Source: Dudresnaya verticillata (lineage: Eukaryota). Taken from it: 64,000 bases of DNA. The notes beneath the pieces were generated by a model that saw only the letters and a list, made by a program, of their open reading frames with translations, was not told where the DNA came from and searched no databases. The stretch covers positions 310,001-374,000 of the forward strand of contig OZ374565.1 in assembly GCA_977862235.1 (NCBI GenBank), read 5' to 3'. Made by a program: the position numbers and the translations under genes. Of the stretch, positions 46,216 to 59,324 are shown in pieces (within the stretch, counting starts at the first letter, position 1; each line of letters begins with the position of its first letter).

Positions 46216-47630
46216 AAGACGTTTGAAAAGACAAATAAGTTCGGGCTAGCAGCGTCCGACTGTCATGTCCAGTACAGTAAGGAGGTGTCTCTTGACACCG
46301 AACTCCACATAAGGCACGGTAAATCACTGATGATACGGAACCTAAAGTGGTATGCGTCAGTCCAGAAAATGAAAGAGCCGTTTTTGGGACGCCCGATTCA
46401 AGAAGCCCTGGGATTAGATGCTAAGAAGATGTTAAAGGCAACGTGCGATAGGTACCGAGGGATGGTAGATGCTAATGATTTAGTAGAAAGCGAGGAGTAC
46501 GTAGAAGGTTCGATAGCTAGGATCCTGTCATCGAGACTCTTCCACTCGGACAAGGCAGCGACGGAGGATGATTCCGCAGCAGAAGAAGGGCATTCGATTG
46601 ATCTTGGAATCGATACGCCGGAGGAGCTAGATGCAGCATTTAATAGGATGCTCAGGCAAGCAGAAGAGAATGGGATTAGTCAACCAGGATTGGAATATAT
46701 GCGAAAATTGTTGGGCGAGTACTCTGACGTGTTCTGCGTAAGATTAGGCCTCGGGCTGCCAGCGGACGTGGAGCCAATGCAAGTACACATCAAGGAAGGT
46801 TTGGTCCCATATATTGCGAAGGCACGGTGTTAGCCAACTGATCAACGTGCGTTCATGTCGAAGTTTATGAGCAGACTGATCGACTATGGTATGGCAAAGC
46901 CCAACCCGAATGCTGAATGGGCTGCGCCTGCGCTACTGGTCCCGAAGAACCCCCGGCGAAATACAGACTCACTTTCGATCTGAGACGAGTTAATCAGTGT
47001 ACGAAACCCACGACGTGGCCAATGCCACAAATACAGTCCGAGCTCATGGACTTCTCTGGGAGTGGATTCTTCGCGAGTATTGATTTCTGTAACGGATATT
47101 GGCAGATGCCGTTACACCAGGACAGCCAGGCCTATCACAGTTTCCTGACACCTACATGGGCATGTCAGCCGACGAGAACCCTTCAGGGCGCCCAGAACGC
47201 CGCCCAAAACTTCCAGTCAAGGGTGGAACCGTGTTTCAGAGAGTTGAAGGAATTGCTAAAGGCATTGCTCGACGATTTTGCAGTACATAATCGGCCGGAG
47301 GCTGGTCTGATACAAACTCTAAGGTCATTCTTTGAAATATGCAGATAGAGAAACTTGAAGATCTCAGCAAGAAGACGGTATTATTCGCTAGGACACTGCG
47401 TTGGTGCGGATACGTTGTCGACAAGGACGGGGTGGAATGCGACCCGCGTCGGCTCAGCGGCCTGAAGGACGGGCACCCACCCGTCAATGCAGCAGAATTG
47501 TCTCAGTTTGTCAATTGTCTCCAATGCATGAGCGCGTACATCCCAGACTTTGCGCAAAGGATCTTGTGCACAGATCTCGCCACTACGTGATGTACTAGAA
47601 CGGTCTCAACTCCTTCAGGAGTAGACTACG

Positions 47631-49718
47631 TTACGGTCTTCTTCGGCGACGAGGTCGTGCGGTGGCCCCACGCCTTGATGGCTTCTCCACCCGGGGATTC
47701 TCTGGGCACAAGGACCCTGGGGTCCTCGCGCCCCTCTCGATCTCGTCAACGCCTACTGGTGTAATCTCGTCAGGGGGTGGACTGTCCAGTCGCCCCTGTA
47801 ACGGATATACACCGGATGGAGTTCCCCACTCGCACGACAACGGAATCCTTGATGGCCCCTCCGTCATGGGGTACAACCTCGAGCGGGAGCGCATCGCGTG
47901 CCAGCTCGACATTTGCTCGTTGATTAACCACACCGGCTCGGGGTCTTCTTCTGACGGGAAATAGGCCATCTCACATCCAGAGTTGAGCGGTGGCAACAAC
48001 AGCAGGCCGTCTTCATCCCAATGGTAACCGGTAAACCCTGGGTTCTCTACCATTTGGTTTTCGCGTGGACCGTGAATGAAGAGTCGCTCAACACGCGCCA
48101 AAGGGTATTCGGTCCCCTCGACCAGCCGGGCTACTCCAACTTGGTGTATAAGCGCAACCACCTTGCCGGGAAATTTGAAGATTCGCCCACACTCGCCACC
48201 CTCCGGGTCCGTCCTGTTCCGCGGGTATGCTCTCCAGTCGGTCATCTTCGAATTGGCTCTCATGCCCCGGTAGGTAACCTGTAACCACGAGAAAAGGACG
48301 AATATTGCCCATTCCGCTCGGCGTATCCGCCCCAACACGGTCATCAGTGGATGGTCAGCTGACTTCTCCCCACCTGGGTGTGCAGCTTGCCAGTCGTGAT
48401 GCTGTATAAACCGATTGGAGAAATAAGCCACCACCGTCGGAGTTGGCACTGACAACCAACGGGTGACTTAGTACTCAGCCCTCCAATCCGGAGCGGTGCA
48501 GTACAGTCGACGATGCGCGCTCCCGGCGCCACCTGGAAAAACTCGTTCGTGTTCCAAGTATGGAGTATCACCCTTCTGAGGTGGCGCACGTCTCTACCCC
48601 GCAACAGGATCCGGTGTTCTTTCGCTGCGTCATCCGCCCACCGTTGCAGATTCCCAAACCAGTGGAAGCCTTGGTAGTACGGCTTCTCGTAGCACAGGAA
48701 GACGACACGAACTGCAAGGTCTCGCAGTCGATGGGCCAGCGCCAGCAGCCGACACACCTTGTTGGGGTAGCCTTCCTGTTCCTGACACCTCAACCACAAC
48801 GATGTCGCAACCGGTTGGAGTCCTCACTCTACAATTTGAGTGGATCCACCTAGCCCTCCACATCTCCTCACGCCGATTCGGGAACCACTTGTTGTTGATT
48901 TACCCACTGGAGTCCGTTACGGCGCTATAGCGACGTCCCGGGAGGTTTTCACCATCGTTTGCCACGAGCACCGCTACCGGCATGGGGAGGAGGACCATAT
49001 CAGGCTCCTCTTCAGTACGCTGCCGCCGGCCGGTACGGTGATCATAGTCCCGACCCGGCAACGTTCTTTCATCGGTGTATCCCGTCGATTCCGCGTGCCC
49101 ATGGTAGCTCCCTTGCGTTCCCGGCGTATATGGCAGCGAGCCCGACGGTCCGCCGCCTGCACCCATGTGGAGTGGGGGTGAGGCTACTGCACCTCCAACT
49201 TGCCCATACGGGGGACCCGGCGCGTACGTCTCGTATCGCCGATGCGGAGTTGCCCGACGATAGCCAAGGGACCCCATCGCGGTGTTGCCTTTCGAGGGGC
49301 CAAGCCGTTGTGCCCCCAGCCCCACTTGTCGATCCGGAGGCGGAGTAGGCGTCGTTGGAGCCTCGCCACCATCACGCCGCCTCGGCACCCGCGGGCTTAT
49401 CGCACGTGTCGGCAACGCCGGTGTTGCGCTCGTTGCAGCCACAAACTCCGGCATGGTGTCCGCGGGCTCGCCGCCTTCTCCTTCTTCTGCTTCCGGCCCA
49501 GGAGCCTCTCCCACTAAGGGTGTATGCCGTGTCGGATGGAAGGGGCGCCGTGCGCGGTCAGTGTTACTGCCCGCCATCGCTAGCGGCACATCGGGTTGGA
49601 CTCGAGCGTTTGTGGATTTGCCCGAGGTGGAGCGCACTGTTGGTGTTAGTTCCGCTGTTGGATACACCTGAGTGGAGATGCCAAAGACGTGCTGCGGCGC
49701 ACGAGGACGTGGCGCCAT
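47631..49718 (-). pseudogene. Disrupted antisense accessory ORF (copy 2, one extra frameshift near 48799)
   Basis: Duplicate of 6429-8515 with a 1-nt insertion. Confidence 0.6.
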
Positions 49719-49733
49719 TGAAGAAGGGGGGTC

Positions 49734-50414
49734 TGTGGTGAAGTGTCCGTTTCGGAGTGCGGACGACGGGCGAGCCGACGTGCGACCGTCGACAACCCGC
49801 GCTCTGCTAAGCGCGCGTCAAAAGCCGAAGCGGGAGTACAGCGACACAGTAGCACTGTATGCCCTGCTGGAGTCTGCGCTCACCACCAATCGGAGCCAAG
49901 TAGTTGATTTATTTGTAATTAGGTAATTGTAATGATGCTGTACAGTACGTAGTGTCAGCCAGCCAATAAGAATGCCGAGCATGTCCGAAACGTTGACCGG
50001 GACCAGTAGGACCGGACCCACCTGGTGGACCAGACCCATTGGGGTCTGGCCCACACGGACCGGACCGCGGGGCGTATCTCCCAGTATAATAATGGGTGGC
50101 CACCGCGAGTCCTACAGTAAACGGGTACGCAACCCTGGGCAAAGTGACTCACCCTAAGCCTTACCCTCATACTCCTTTTCGGTTTCCCCTCGCCAGCCCG
50201 GTGCACGGATTCGTCTTACCTCCGTCCCGGCGTAGCTGTCCTGTCACTGTACCGTCCTCCTTGTCCGTTGCGTCCTGTTACTCCTTACAGGTGTTGCCGC
50301 TCTAGGTACTCCCTTCGGTCTACGAACTAAGCTCTACCTCCCCGGTGCCGTGTTAGATCACTCCTTCTTGGGATTGCCTGATCAAATCTCCTTAAAGGTG
50401 CGCCTTTCACTACA
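49734..50414 (+). mobile_element. 3' LTR (copy 2)
   Basis: Duplicate of 8531-9211. Confidence 0.82.
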
Positions 50415-50443
50415 GCACATCAAGCGAAAACGTTTTGGGAGTG

Positions 50444-51086
50444 TGTAGTAGTATGGCCCGTCAAGGCAGAAACCCGCCAACCGGCAAGGACAGCTGTCCT
50501 GACGGTGCACAACACACTAGCTTGGGTAGCTCGGGAAAATGTTGGTAGAGACTTTGAAAGGCACAGAGCCTAAGGGAAAAGGGAAAAAATGGGCGGCGCC
50601 ACCCAGCTCGCACAGAGCAACCGTCGTGTGGAGGCAAGGCTCGTAAAGCACCTGAAAGAGAGGTTACGGTGAGTCCGTGAATTCCAGAAAAAGGGTAAAG
50701 ACCCAAAACCCACCGTGGGTTCTATTCAGGAGGCCCCTGCTACTCAGGAGCCTATTAAGTATACAGAGCCGAAAATGCTCTTACCTCCTGTGAGCTATTC
50801 TAAGCTATTCTAACTGTCATTATTAATCTAATTGTACTGTTGTCAGTTATAAATACGGATTAGTGGTAGTACCGCGTCGGGACGTGTGAGCGGCCACAAT
50901 AAATTACCCAATGGCAATTTGCCATCAAATTTGGTGCCAGCAGGGACGCCAGCGAGGAGCATCGCCCTTGCAGCACACGGTGCTTGTGCGCGCCTTACAG
51001 CTTGATGCGCGTGGCCGTCTTACACCTTAACGCGCACAAATGACTTACAGTGCGCCAGCACTTCTGCTGCGGCTCATTCTTCCACA
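50444..51086 (-). mobile_element. Probable solo LTR (copy 2)
   Basis: Duplicate of 9241-9883. Confidence 0.65.
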
Positions 51087-51815
51087 GAGGGTTGTAGAAC
51101 GGGGAATGCAGAATCCGTATTAAGACAGCATGCATATACAAACGGGCTGTGCTGCGGAGAAGGACGAGGCTACTCAATACTGATACGGTAATTGATATTT
51201 TTTGACGGTAGATCCTCCATTTGTATGCTTTGCTGGGCCCTGCAACCCATTATATTACTTTTGGATAGCTTAAACAAACAACCGGGTAGACAACCCGAAC
51301 ACTCAATTTAGGAGTAGCTTAATCAGGTAGTGCCTGGCCCCATTCCTGGGTGAGACCTTCTATTTTACCCTTTTCCTAGTATATTGTACAACATTTAGCC
51401 TTTCGCTACAGTACTATAAAGCTGCAGTGAATCGGGGAGCTGAAAACTTCCCGGCACCAAGAATGTTATCAAGAACACCAACCTCAGAAGCTTCAGCAAC
51501 CCGCCGTCGCAGCCGCTACCCCGGCACGATACGCCCCAGCCCTCGGTGTGTGTCTCGAGCTACCGAGTACACACCGTCGAATAGGCCGATTATTATTTTT
51601 ACAAGGCCCACCGGTCCGCCCATCGGACCAACTCCAAGTCGATTCTACGACAGCCACGTCTTTATTAAAATCCAGAGGCAATAATTACATCTTTTGAATG
51701 GCTCCTGTCATCCCCATCAGTTCCTGACAACTCCTGTTGTGGCTGCGCCACTCCTAACACGCATCATGAATTTTTATGCGCGACCACTGTACATACACGT
51801 ATACCATCAACAGGT

Positions 51816-52022
51816 GTGGCGTTTGTCTCGTCAGGTTCCGACGACGGATCAGTTCATGTGTGGGATTTGCGATCTCAAAGCCTATTGCTGGAGCGGAGGA
51901 CGATTCACGCGCTGCCTTCAACCTGTGCCTTATGGAACCCGGTGTACCAAATGCTCACGACTTCACGCCAAAACGTTCTGTTTTGGTTGCCGGAAGGGCC
52001 GGACTCCTCTCCCGAGTACTAG
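51816..52022 (+). pseudogene. WDR82/Swd2-like 3' fragment (copy 2)
   Basis: Same translation as 10613-10819. Confidence 0.6.
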
Positions 52023-52307
52023 GTTGCTATATGTCCGAGGTTCGTGGCATGTTGATTCGTAGACCTACTGCTGTATCAAGTGTGTAGAAACTGTTGCCTC
52101 GAAAGCTTACTGCCAACTTCTCATTGTCGATCGAGAATCTGTCGAACAAAACTGGCCCTGTTTTTATAAAGGCGTCATCGCCCCAAACTGTACAGATTAA
52201 GACGGTATGTCACGTTTCACCTCAACTACAACTTCTTCCTTGTTCTGGAAGCAGCTTCCCATCACATGGAAAGCTACAGCATACGGTCATTCCTTCTGCG
52301 CTTCTTA

Positions 52308-55300
52308 CTAAGAACTAGGCTTCACACTCCAATGGACATAGTCGCGTGCCTGGTCCTTAACTAGAGCACGCTTCTCCTGGTCACCAAACTCTTTCTCAAA
52401 GTCCAACCACTTCTTGAAGACGAACTTCATCTTCTTCGAACTGAGTTCTAATGTCGTACATCTTTCGAACAGTTTCCTGGTTACTTCCACACTCTCAGTG
52501 TTTCCGCCTTCGAGGTCTCTTCTGCAGTAGCTTGTCTGCATTTCCAAGTAGATACTCCACAGATCTAACCTCTTTGGAAAGTTGCCGACCAGGGACTCAA
52601 AAACTGTTCTACCACGTTCAGATGAGCCAAACTTGTACTCAAACTGCGCGAACTTGCATATGACAGCGACATGTTTTCGCTTCTCAAGGCTTTTCAATGC
52701 TTTCTCTAGGCATTGTCGGGCTCCGGAGATATTCCCAGAACTGAAGCGGGCGTTTCCAAGTGATATCCACACCTTCTTTGAACCTCTGAATCGGCGACTG
52801 GCTCTCCGAAGGACTTCATCGGCCAGGCCAGTGCTCGAGGAACGTAGCACAGCTGCAGCCTGCATGTGAAAGCCCTTCATATCAGTGACACGCGCGCACC
52901 CGCGATCGAATACGCGAAACACGGCGGCGCCTCTCTTCGGACCAAACGCATCCGTAACGGTATCGCTTGTGGAATTTGATGCTCCAAACTGAGCTTCCAA
53001 GTTCAAATAAGCAATCCATACATTCATTTGTCAGTTTCTTTTTGGAGACTTATCGTCTCCAGCGCTCGTTCGGCGATAGATCTCGCCTTGTTAACCTGAG
53101 ATAGAGACCAACAAAAAGCCATGTATGGAATCCACAAAACCGATGAGTTCGGCTCTCCGACGAGTAGTCGTTCAAAATCCTCTGCTGTCTCGGGGGAGTC
53201 TAGGTTATTCGCAAGAGCCTCCTCGCGCATATTTTCGCTGTCTCTGTCGCCTCCTGTCGTTTTTCTCCCTTTTGTCCCGGGACTTGCGTTTTGTTTGCTC
53301 TCCATGACCTTCGTTTTCACCCTCCAACTCTGGTTCCTCGTCTTTCTCTTCACGCTTTGTCGCCAGTTCGTCATCTTCGGCAAAGTTGAAGCCTTGTCGA
53401 ACTCTAAGTGGGGCAATTTGAGATTTTCTTCGCCTTGAACAGTCGCTAGTTCGATGTCGCCACTCTCGACAGTACAGACATTAGCGCCGGAGCCCTCATC
53501 TGAGCCAGACGAACCCTCCAGTTCACTCTCTCTGTCATTGAATGGTTCGTCTCTGTCAGCATTGCTGTCTTCTCCATCCAAGATTCTCGGAACCATGTCA
53601 ACATCTTCAGCACTCCTTAAGGCTGCTTGACGAGAGTTTTGGTTACTCTCAATAAGGGCATTCATATGGTCTTCATCAAGGCCAGCGGCTTCGAAGTAAC
53701 ATGTTTTGGTGCCAACCTTAACACCCTTTTCATCGACTTTGATGACAATTGCGTTAACCGTCTGTCCTACACACCATTCCTCATTCGGGTTTTGAATGAA
53801 GCGATCCTGATCTACCTCAATTTTGTGCAACAACGCAGTAACTTTTTTGGATAGTTCAAGCACCGCGCCATAGTTTCCTATGTGCTTGACAGTCCCCGTC
53901 ACCTTGGTTCCCTCCTGCAAGTCTTTGACAGCTGAATTCTCTTTCAATTTCTTCGTTGGGCGCTTTCGCAAGATGAGTGGAATACGTATCTCCCCGTTGT
54001 TACTCTTGGGTTTGCCGGCCCCCTTCAACAAGCATACCAACCAGAAATTATTCTTCCGGATCCTTGACATAGCCATCCGCGAGGTCACAAAGCAAAACCT
54101 GAGCAGATGCATTTCTTCCGACCGCTACAAAGTACCCTTTCTTGCTCACAACTCTAACAAACCCACGCATTTTCGCTCCCTCTTTGATCAACGGCATGGT
54201 GGCCTTCGTGACGAGTAGATCTCCACCGGAATCCGTGTCACTGGGTCTCACGGAAAGGAATATTGCCCCATCGGCTGAATCGGAATTCGAATCGAGCCCA
54301 ACCTTCCGAACCCGAACGACGTCACCTTTCTGAACTGTTTGCATCTTCTGAGCGACCTCACCGAAGTTTACCGCCATGTCACACAGACCTACGGTTCCAA
54401 GGGCGATATTTTTCGCCGTAGCATCACGAGTGAACCACGGGATCTCCACTCGGAGCCCAACTCCTTGCATCACGGCTTGTACTATTCCGTGGAAGAACCC
54501 AGGGTCTTTGCCGTTCTCGGAGAGAGCGCCCCAAATCCGACCATTTTCTTTCTCCTCGACTTCGGTAACCATGCACACTACTTCAGATGCCACCTTTAAA
54601 TCGATAGGGTCCCCTTGGACCCGGCAGCTTACATCCATACAGCATATCGATGCAGACGCGTTCACTGCCACCCGCGTATACGACTGGGTGCGGTCCTCAG
54701 ACTTGCCAGAATTAGATTTGCGTAGGCGGGACGACAAGTGGGTTACGAACCCTACCACTTTGCTCCCTTTCGCAATCGCGTGATGCCTCGCTCGTTCTTC
54801 TGAAAGGGAAAGTTCAACCACCACTGGGGTATTCTCTTCACCCTCGCACATGCGACGGCGAATCCCAGAAATGAAGGCATGTTCAACACGGCTTCCGTCC
54901 TTCGGTAGAACAAAACGAGTACTCAGATTGGCAGGGAGAACCCCAAGAGGCATCCCTAATGTTTCCTCCGGAGTGACAAAAGAATGATTGGTCCTGTGCA
55001 GATGCCCTACAACACCGCGCGCAATCGCCACGAAGCTATGCAGCGGGAAAGTTCGATTTATCTTGCCTTTGATGTGTCTTCCTAGAACCTTCTGCTCCTC
55101 TACTAAAGATTGTCGAAGCAGTGTCAACGTATCGCCAGTTCTGTCATCGTTGTGTTGGGTTACCTTTTGAGAATGTCGTTGCTGACTCGCCCGAAAACAT
55201 TTTCAGTCAATCATAACCAAGTTGCTTCGTATTTCTGCCTTAACCTTGTCGAGCACTGTGCAACGCACAGACGCGCCGAGAGTAATTGACAGCTTGACTG

Positions 55301-58300
55301 ATACAGTGTAACGCCCTGCGCTATAAGCGCATCCTTCCGCTCTGCGAGAAAAGTAGAGAGCGTACTAGAACCTATCTGGTCTAGTTGTCTGTGAGCCGTT
55401 GGAGTAGCCCAGCACAGGGTGAAAGGTCGCAGGTTCGAGTCTCCGAGCGGGAGGCTCGAGCTCTTTTTCCTGACGCGACGCTGCGACTCCGAAACTCGCT
55501 ACAACAGGCGGACTTAGGGCGAAAGCAATAGCGCTCCTAGTCTTCGATCTAGCGACAGCTAGGATCAAGTAGGCACTCTTAACAAGCAGTATGGTTGCGC
55601 TGAATGGGCTTCCTGCATTCAAAATGGACTTTCCCGCCCCTGCAACCACCTCTTCCTGTCTGGAAAGGAGGTCGATAACACCATAAAAGGGATCCACGTC
55701 CAAGACTCGGACGTTGTCTTCCTTTGATGCTTCACTGCGTTTGGTCTTCTCAGAAAATGCTGATTCTGTGCCGATGCAGGTAGCCAGAGGAAGAGCTTCA
55801 TCTCTCATCGCTTCAGAGTCTGGCTGAGTGACATCAAGACATACACCGACTGCAGACTCACCAGCTGTCTGCAACTTGTAAATCACACCATAGCTGTGTT
55901 CTGCATGCACTCGCGCTTGCTCGATTCATCCAATTGCAAACCCCTTCAACACACCTGTCTTGCCAAGGAGGTCTTGCCATTTCTCCAGTGAGCTGAACAA
56001 CGACAAAGTGTCTGCCTCAAGACCAGAAAACCCCACATTGGAGAGTCGAAGGGATAATGAAAAACGCTGTTTCTTCTCGTCGATATTGTCCACCACAGCT
56101 GCCACACTATTGTGAATCTGCAAAGCTCTAGAAGGGTCACTTAAAAAATGGTCGGCAATGCGAGAGATACGGGTGAAACCTAACGAATCCCCAAGGAACG
56201 CAACTATCGCCCCAGTACCCAACAGCGCCTTAAGGTAGCCACGCAAAACTGGCTTCTGCTGATCGGTTGTCGTCCTTTCAACAATGCGCTTCACATCATT
56301 ACAAGATTTTGGCAATAACCCTTGTGCTGAAGCGGTCTTCAGGCTTGGTTTGAGGGTAAGAACAGGCCTGTCTTCCGAAACAGAAAGGACCATCAGGTCT
56401 GACAAAGTGATAGGAGAACCTCTTTCTCCTTTCTGGGCTTTGCCAAGAAGGCTTAGAACTTCCTTGACTAGTTGCGGGGCAATCCCGGGGACGTCTGCAA
56501 TATGTCCAAACGGCAGGTAGCATTCCACACTGCCGTTAGAGCTTCCCGATTTTCCTTGCTCGGTGGCCTGGTCTTGAGGCCCACCCTTTGCGGCTGTGGT
56601 AACAGAATTAGATGGTACCTGTACCGACACTATGAAATGTTTCGCTTGCTCATCTGCAGAGGTGATGTGGCCACCTACAACCTGACCCAGGCTAAGGGTC
56701 TTTTGTTGCAGAAGAGCCTGAAGCACCACGCAAATCCATAGAGATAGTGATGCGCCTTCGCGGAGAGTCAATCTTAGTTAGTTTGACAAACACTGTCTGT
56801 CCGACAGGGTATACTTCTTTGATATCTGCCAACTGCTCAGCTTGAGTCTTGTTCGTGTCAATGCAAAGCTCGCGAATTGGTGAAAGACCTGCCATGTCTT
56901 CACAAAAGCAACAAGAACAGACCCGAAATCCAACACTTTGATAACAGATCCCGTGAAAATGCCTTTGGTCGATCAGGTTCAACCAAGTCATCTTCGGATG
57001 ATCTCCTTTTGCTAACGACAAGTGACTTCTCGGCCTGCTCGAAGGGAGTAAGAAGTGGATACTTCGGGGAAAATAGGGACTTCTTCGCAGATAAATAGGT
57101 CTTTCCCCTTCCCACGTCGATACCAATGGCTCTGCAACGTATCGTTGCTCCTATCCGCAAATTCTCCAGCATGGCCATTCGCTTCGGGGTCATCGGTACA
57201 ATAGAAAGGTGTGCTGCTTGGGTAATACCAAGCAGGTGCGAGTCACCAGCCACAGCTACCGTAACGGCACCCATCGTGGTGTGACTCATCACCTTGCAAT
57301 CATACAAAGCGCCGACCTCAATCTCCTCAATGGAAAGAGCTTTGCGTGCCAGAATACTTCGTCGGAGGACGATGTTAACAAGCCCATCGAATCGTGGCAC
57401 CGAAATAACCCTCGCACCATCTTCAACGATCATGCCGGGGTGGTACCTTGATTCGAGTTTGACATCTTTCGAGTCTGAAACTCTGCTTATGTGAGCAAAC
57501 ACTGGTACAGTACGTGCATTCCAATATTATCCCCAGCGAATTTGGCAGTGTCTTCATCTTTAAGAGTTTCTTCTGCTCCTTCCGCACCGACATAGCTCAT
57601 TATGAGGCCAGACCCGGGTTTCACTCTTTCGACTTTCAGCCGTTTCATGAAACTGCCTATCTTCCACGACTGCGGCACTTCCCGAGGGCGTAGTTCGTCG
57701 ACCAGCGAAGGTAGCAGTGAAGAGGCAATGCGCTTCTGCGAGGGGTCCACGTAGAAAATCCGCGCCGTTACCAGCTTGCCGACGTCAACATCCCATGTCC
57801 CATCCGCCCTTCGCGGAACATGGGACGCATCAACAGACAACTTGGACACCGAAAACGCAGTCAAGGCAACCCCCCAGGACCCTCCTTAACGACGCGTGCG
57901 GGAACTACCATACCGGCGGTGAGCTCACTGTACGTAAGCCCAGCGGTATCTTCAACGCACGCCTTGATAACCTTCTTCTTCAGTTCCGACACATTGACGA
58001 CCACGGGCAACACTGGACCGTTCTTCCGTTTCTTCTTCCGAGATACATCCGCTTCCACAACAACTTCCACCGGACTACCCATGCGCAATTCCCCCTCGCT
58101 CTCGTCGAACGGAAGAAAGGCCGTGTGCGGCACACCAGACCCGAACGTCAATACATAACCATGGTCCTCAACCGAGCGCACAACTGCGTACAGCGGGGAC
58201 CCGCGGCGCGTGACGCGCTTTTCGGACAGGCCGGCATTAACGAGCCCCGGATTCATGGAAACAGTCAGGGCGCGCTTTCCATGGGCATTATGCTCGTTCG

Positions 58301-58353
58301 AAACAACAGCCACACGCACAGTCTCCCCCGTGCTGACCGCCTCGCATAGGGCG
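52308..58353 (-). pseudogene. RRP5: RRP5 pseudogene (copy 2)
   Basis: Same ORF breakpoints as copy 1. Confidence 0.9.
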
Positions 58354-58758
58354 AAGTGGACTGCGCAGAGAATTCTGTTCGGGTGACTACTGCGAGGAGA
58401 GTGACACCGGGGGCAAGATGGGAGTGTCTCAGCGAGAGGCCGGTGCGGGTTACAGGGAGCGGCGGGTCTGCGTGGTCCGCGGACGGATTTCGTCGTGCGC
58501 GTCGGGCGCGTACGCTTGGACAGAGGTCGCCTTCGGACGAGGGCCTCGGTGCTGGCTTGTTGCGTGATGGCGCCATGTCGTCTCGGACGGGCGCGGGTTG
58601 AGGGCGTTGGGGGCGTCTGGGGGGTGAGCACACGGTTGGCAGTTGGGGGGGAGCAGGAGAGGATATGGTCGGATCAAAAAGCTGAAGGACGGCGAGACCC
58701 AAGCGAGAAGTGGGCAAACAACCCCAGTGGGGAAAAACCTTGAAAAATGTAGAACCGT

Positions 58759-58829
58759 CGTACCTGTCGGGAGTCGAACCCGGTTTCCGGAAATCAACGA
58801 CAGCGCCGAAACCACTGTGCCACACGTCC
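58759..58829 (-). pseudogene. tRNA pseudogene / SINE head (copy 2)
   Basis: Duplicate of 17556-17626. Confidence 0.6.
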
Positions 58830-59324
58830 GCCTCCGCGCGCGTATATGGGGCCGACGCGCCGGCGGTGGCGGAGACGATGTGATATGATTGAAATTACAG
58901 AGAGACTTGGCTTACACGATCTTGCGTGTTTAGCGGTGACTGGTTTCATTGCCGGTCCAATGATGTCCGTGTGTGTCGACTGACAAGATACACGGCAGGT
59001 CGGTTGCCCTTCGCCCTTCTCATGATGTCAACAACTACGACTAAGCCTCAGCAACCTCTCGTTAGTTTCATGCAGTGCAGCAATTCAAACATGCAGTCCC
59101 TAACGTACACAGTGCGGTTCCAGAAAGCACATCATCGGAGCAGTAGTCCCACAATGAAAATGACTGGCACAACAAAGGAAATTTATTACGTGTAAAAGAG
59201 AAATGGTGAAGATAAATTCTTCACGCTTACTTCAAAAGGAGCCCTACAAAGCTCCGAGAGTTGGGCTTTCTTAGACCCGTGCGAAAGGTGAAAACCCGCC
59301 GATTGTTCGATATCCATAACCTTG

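Larger units (their letters stand above)
44316..47564 (+). pseudogene. Copy 2 of the degenerate Ty3/gypsy gag-pol fragment
   Basis: Duplicate of 3114-6362. Confidence 0.9.
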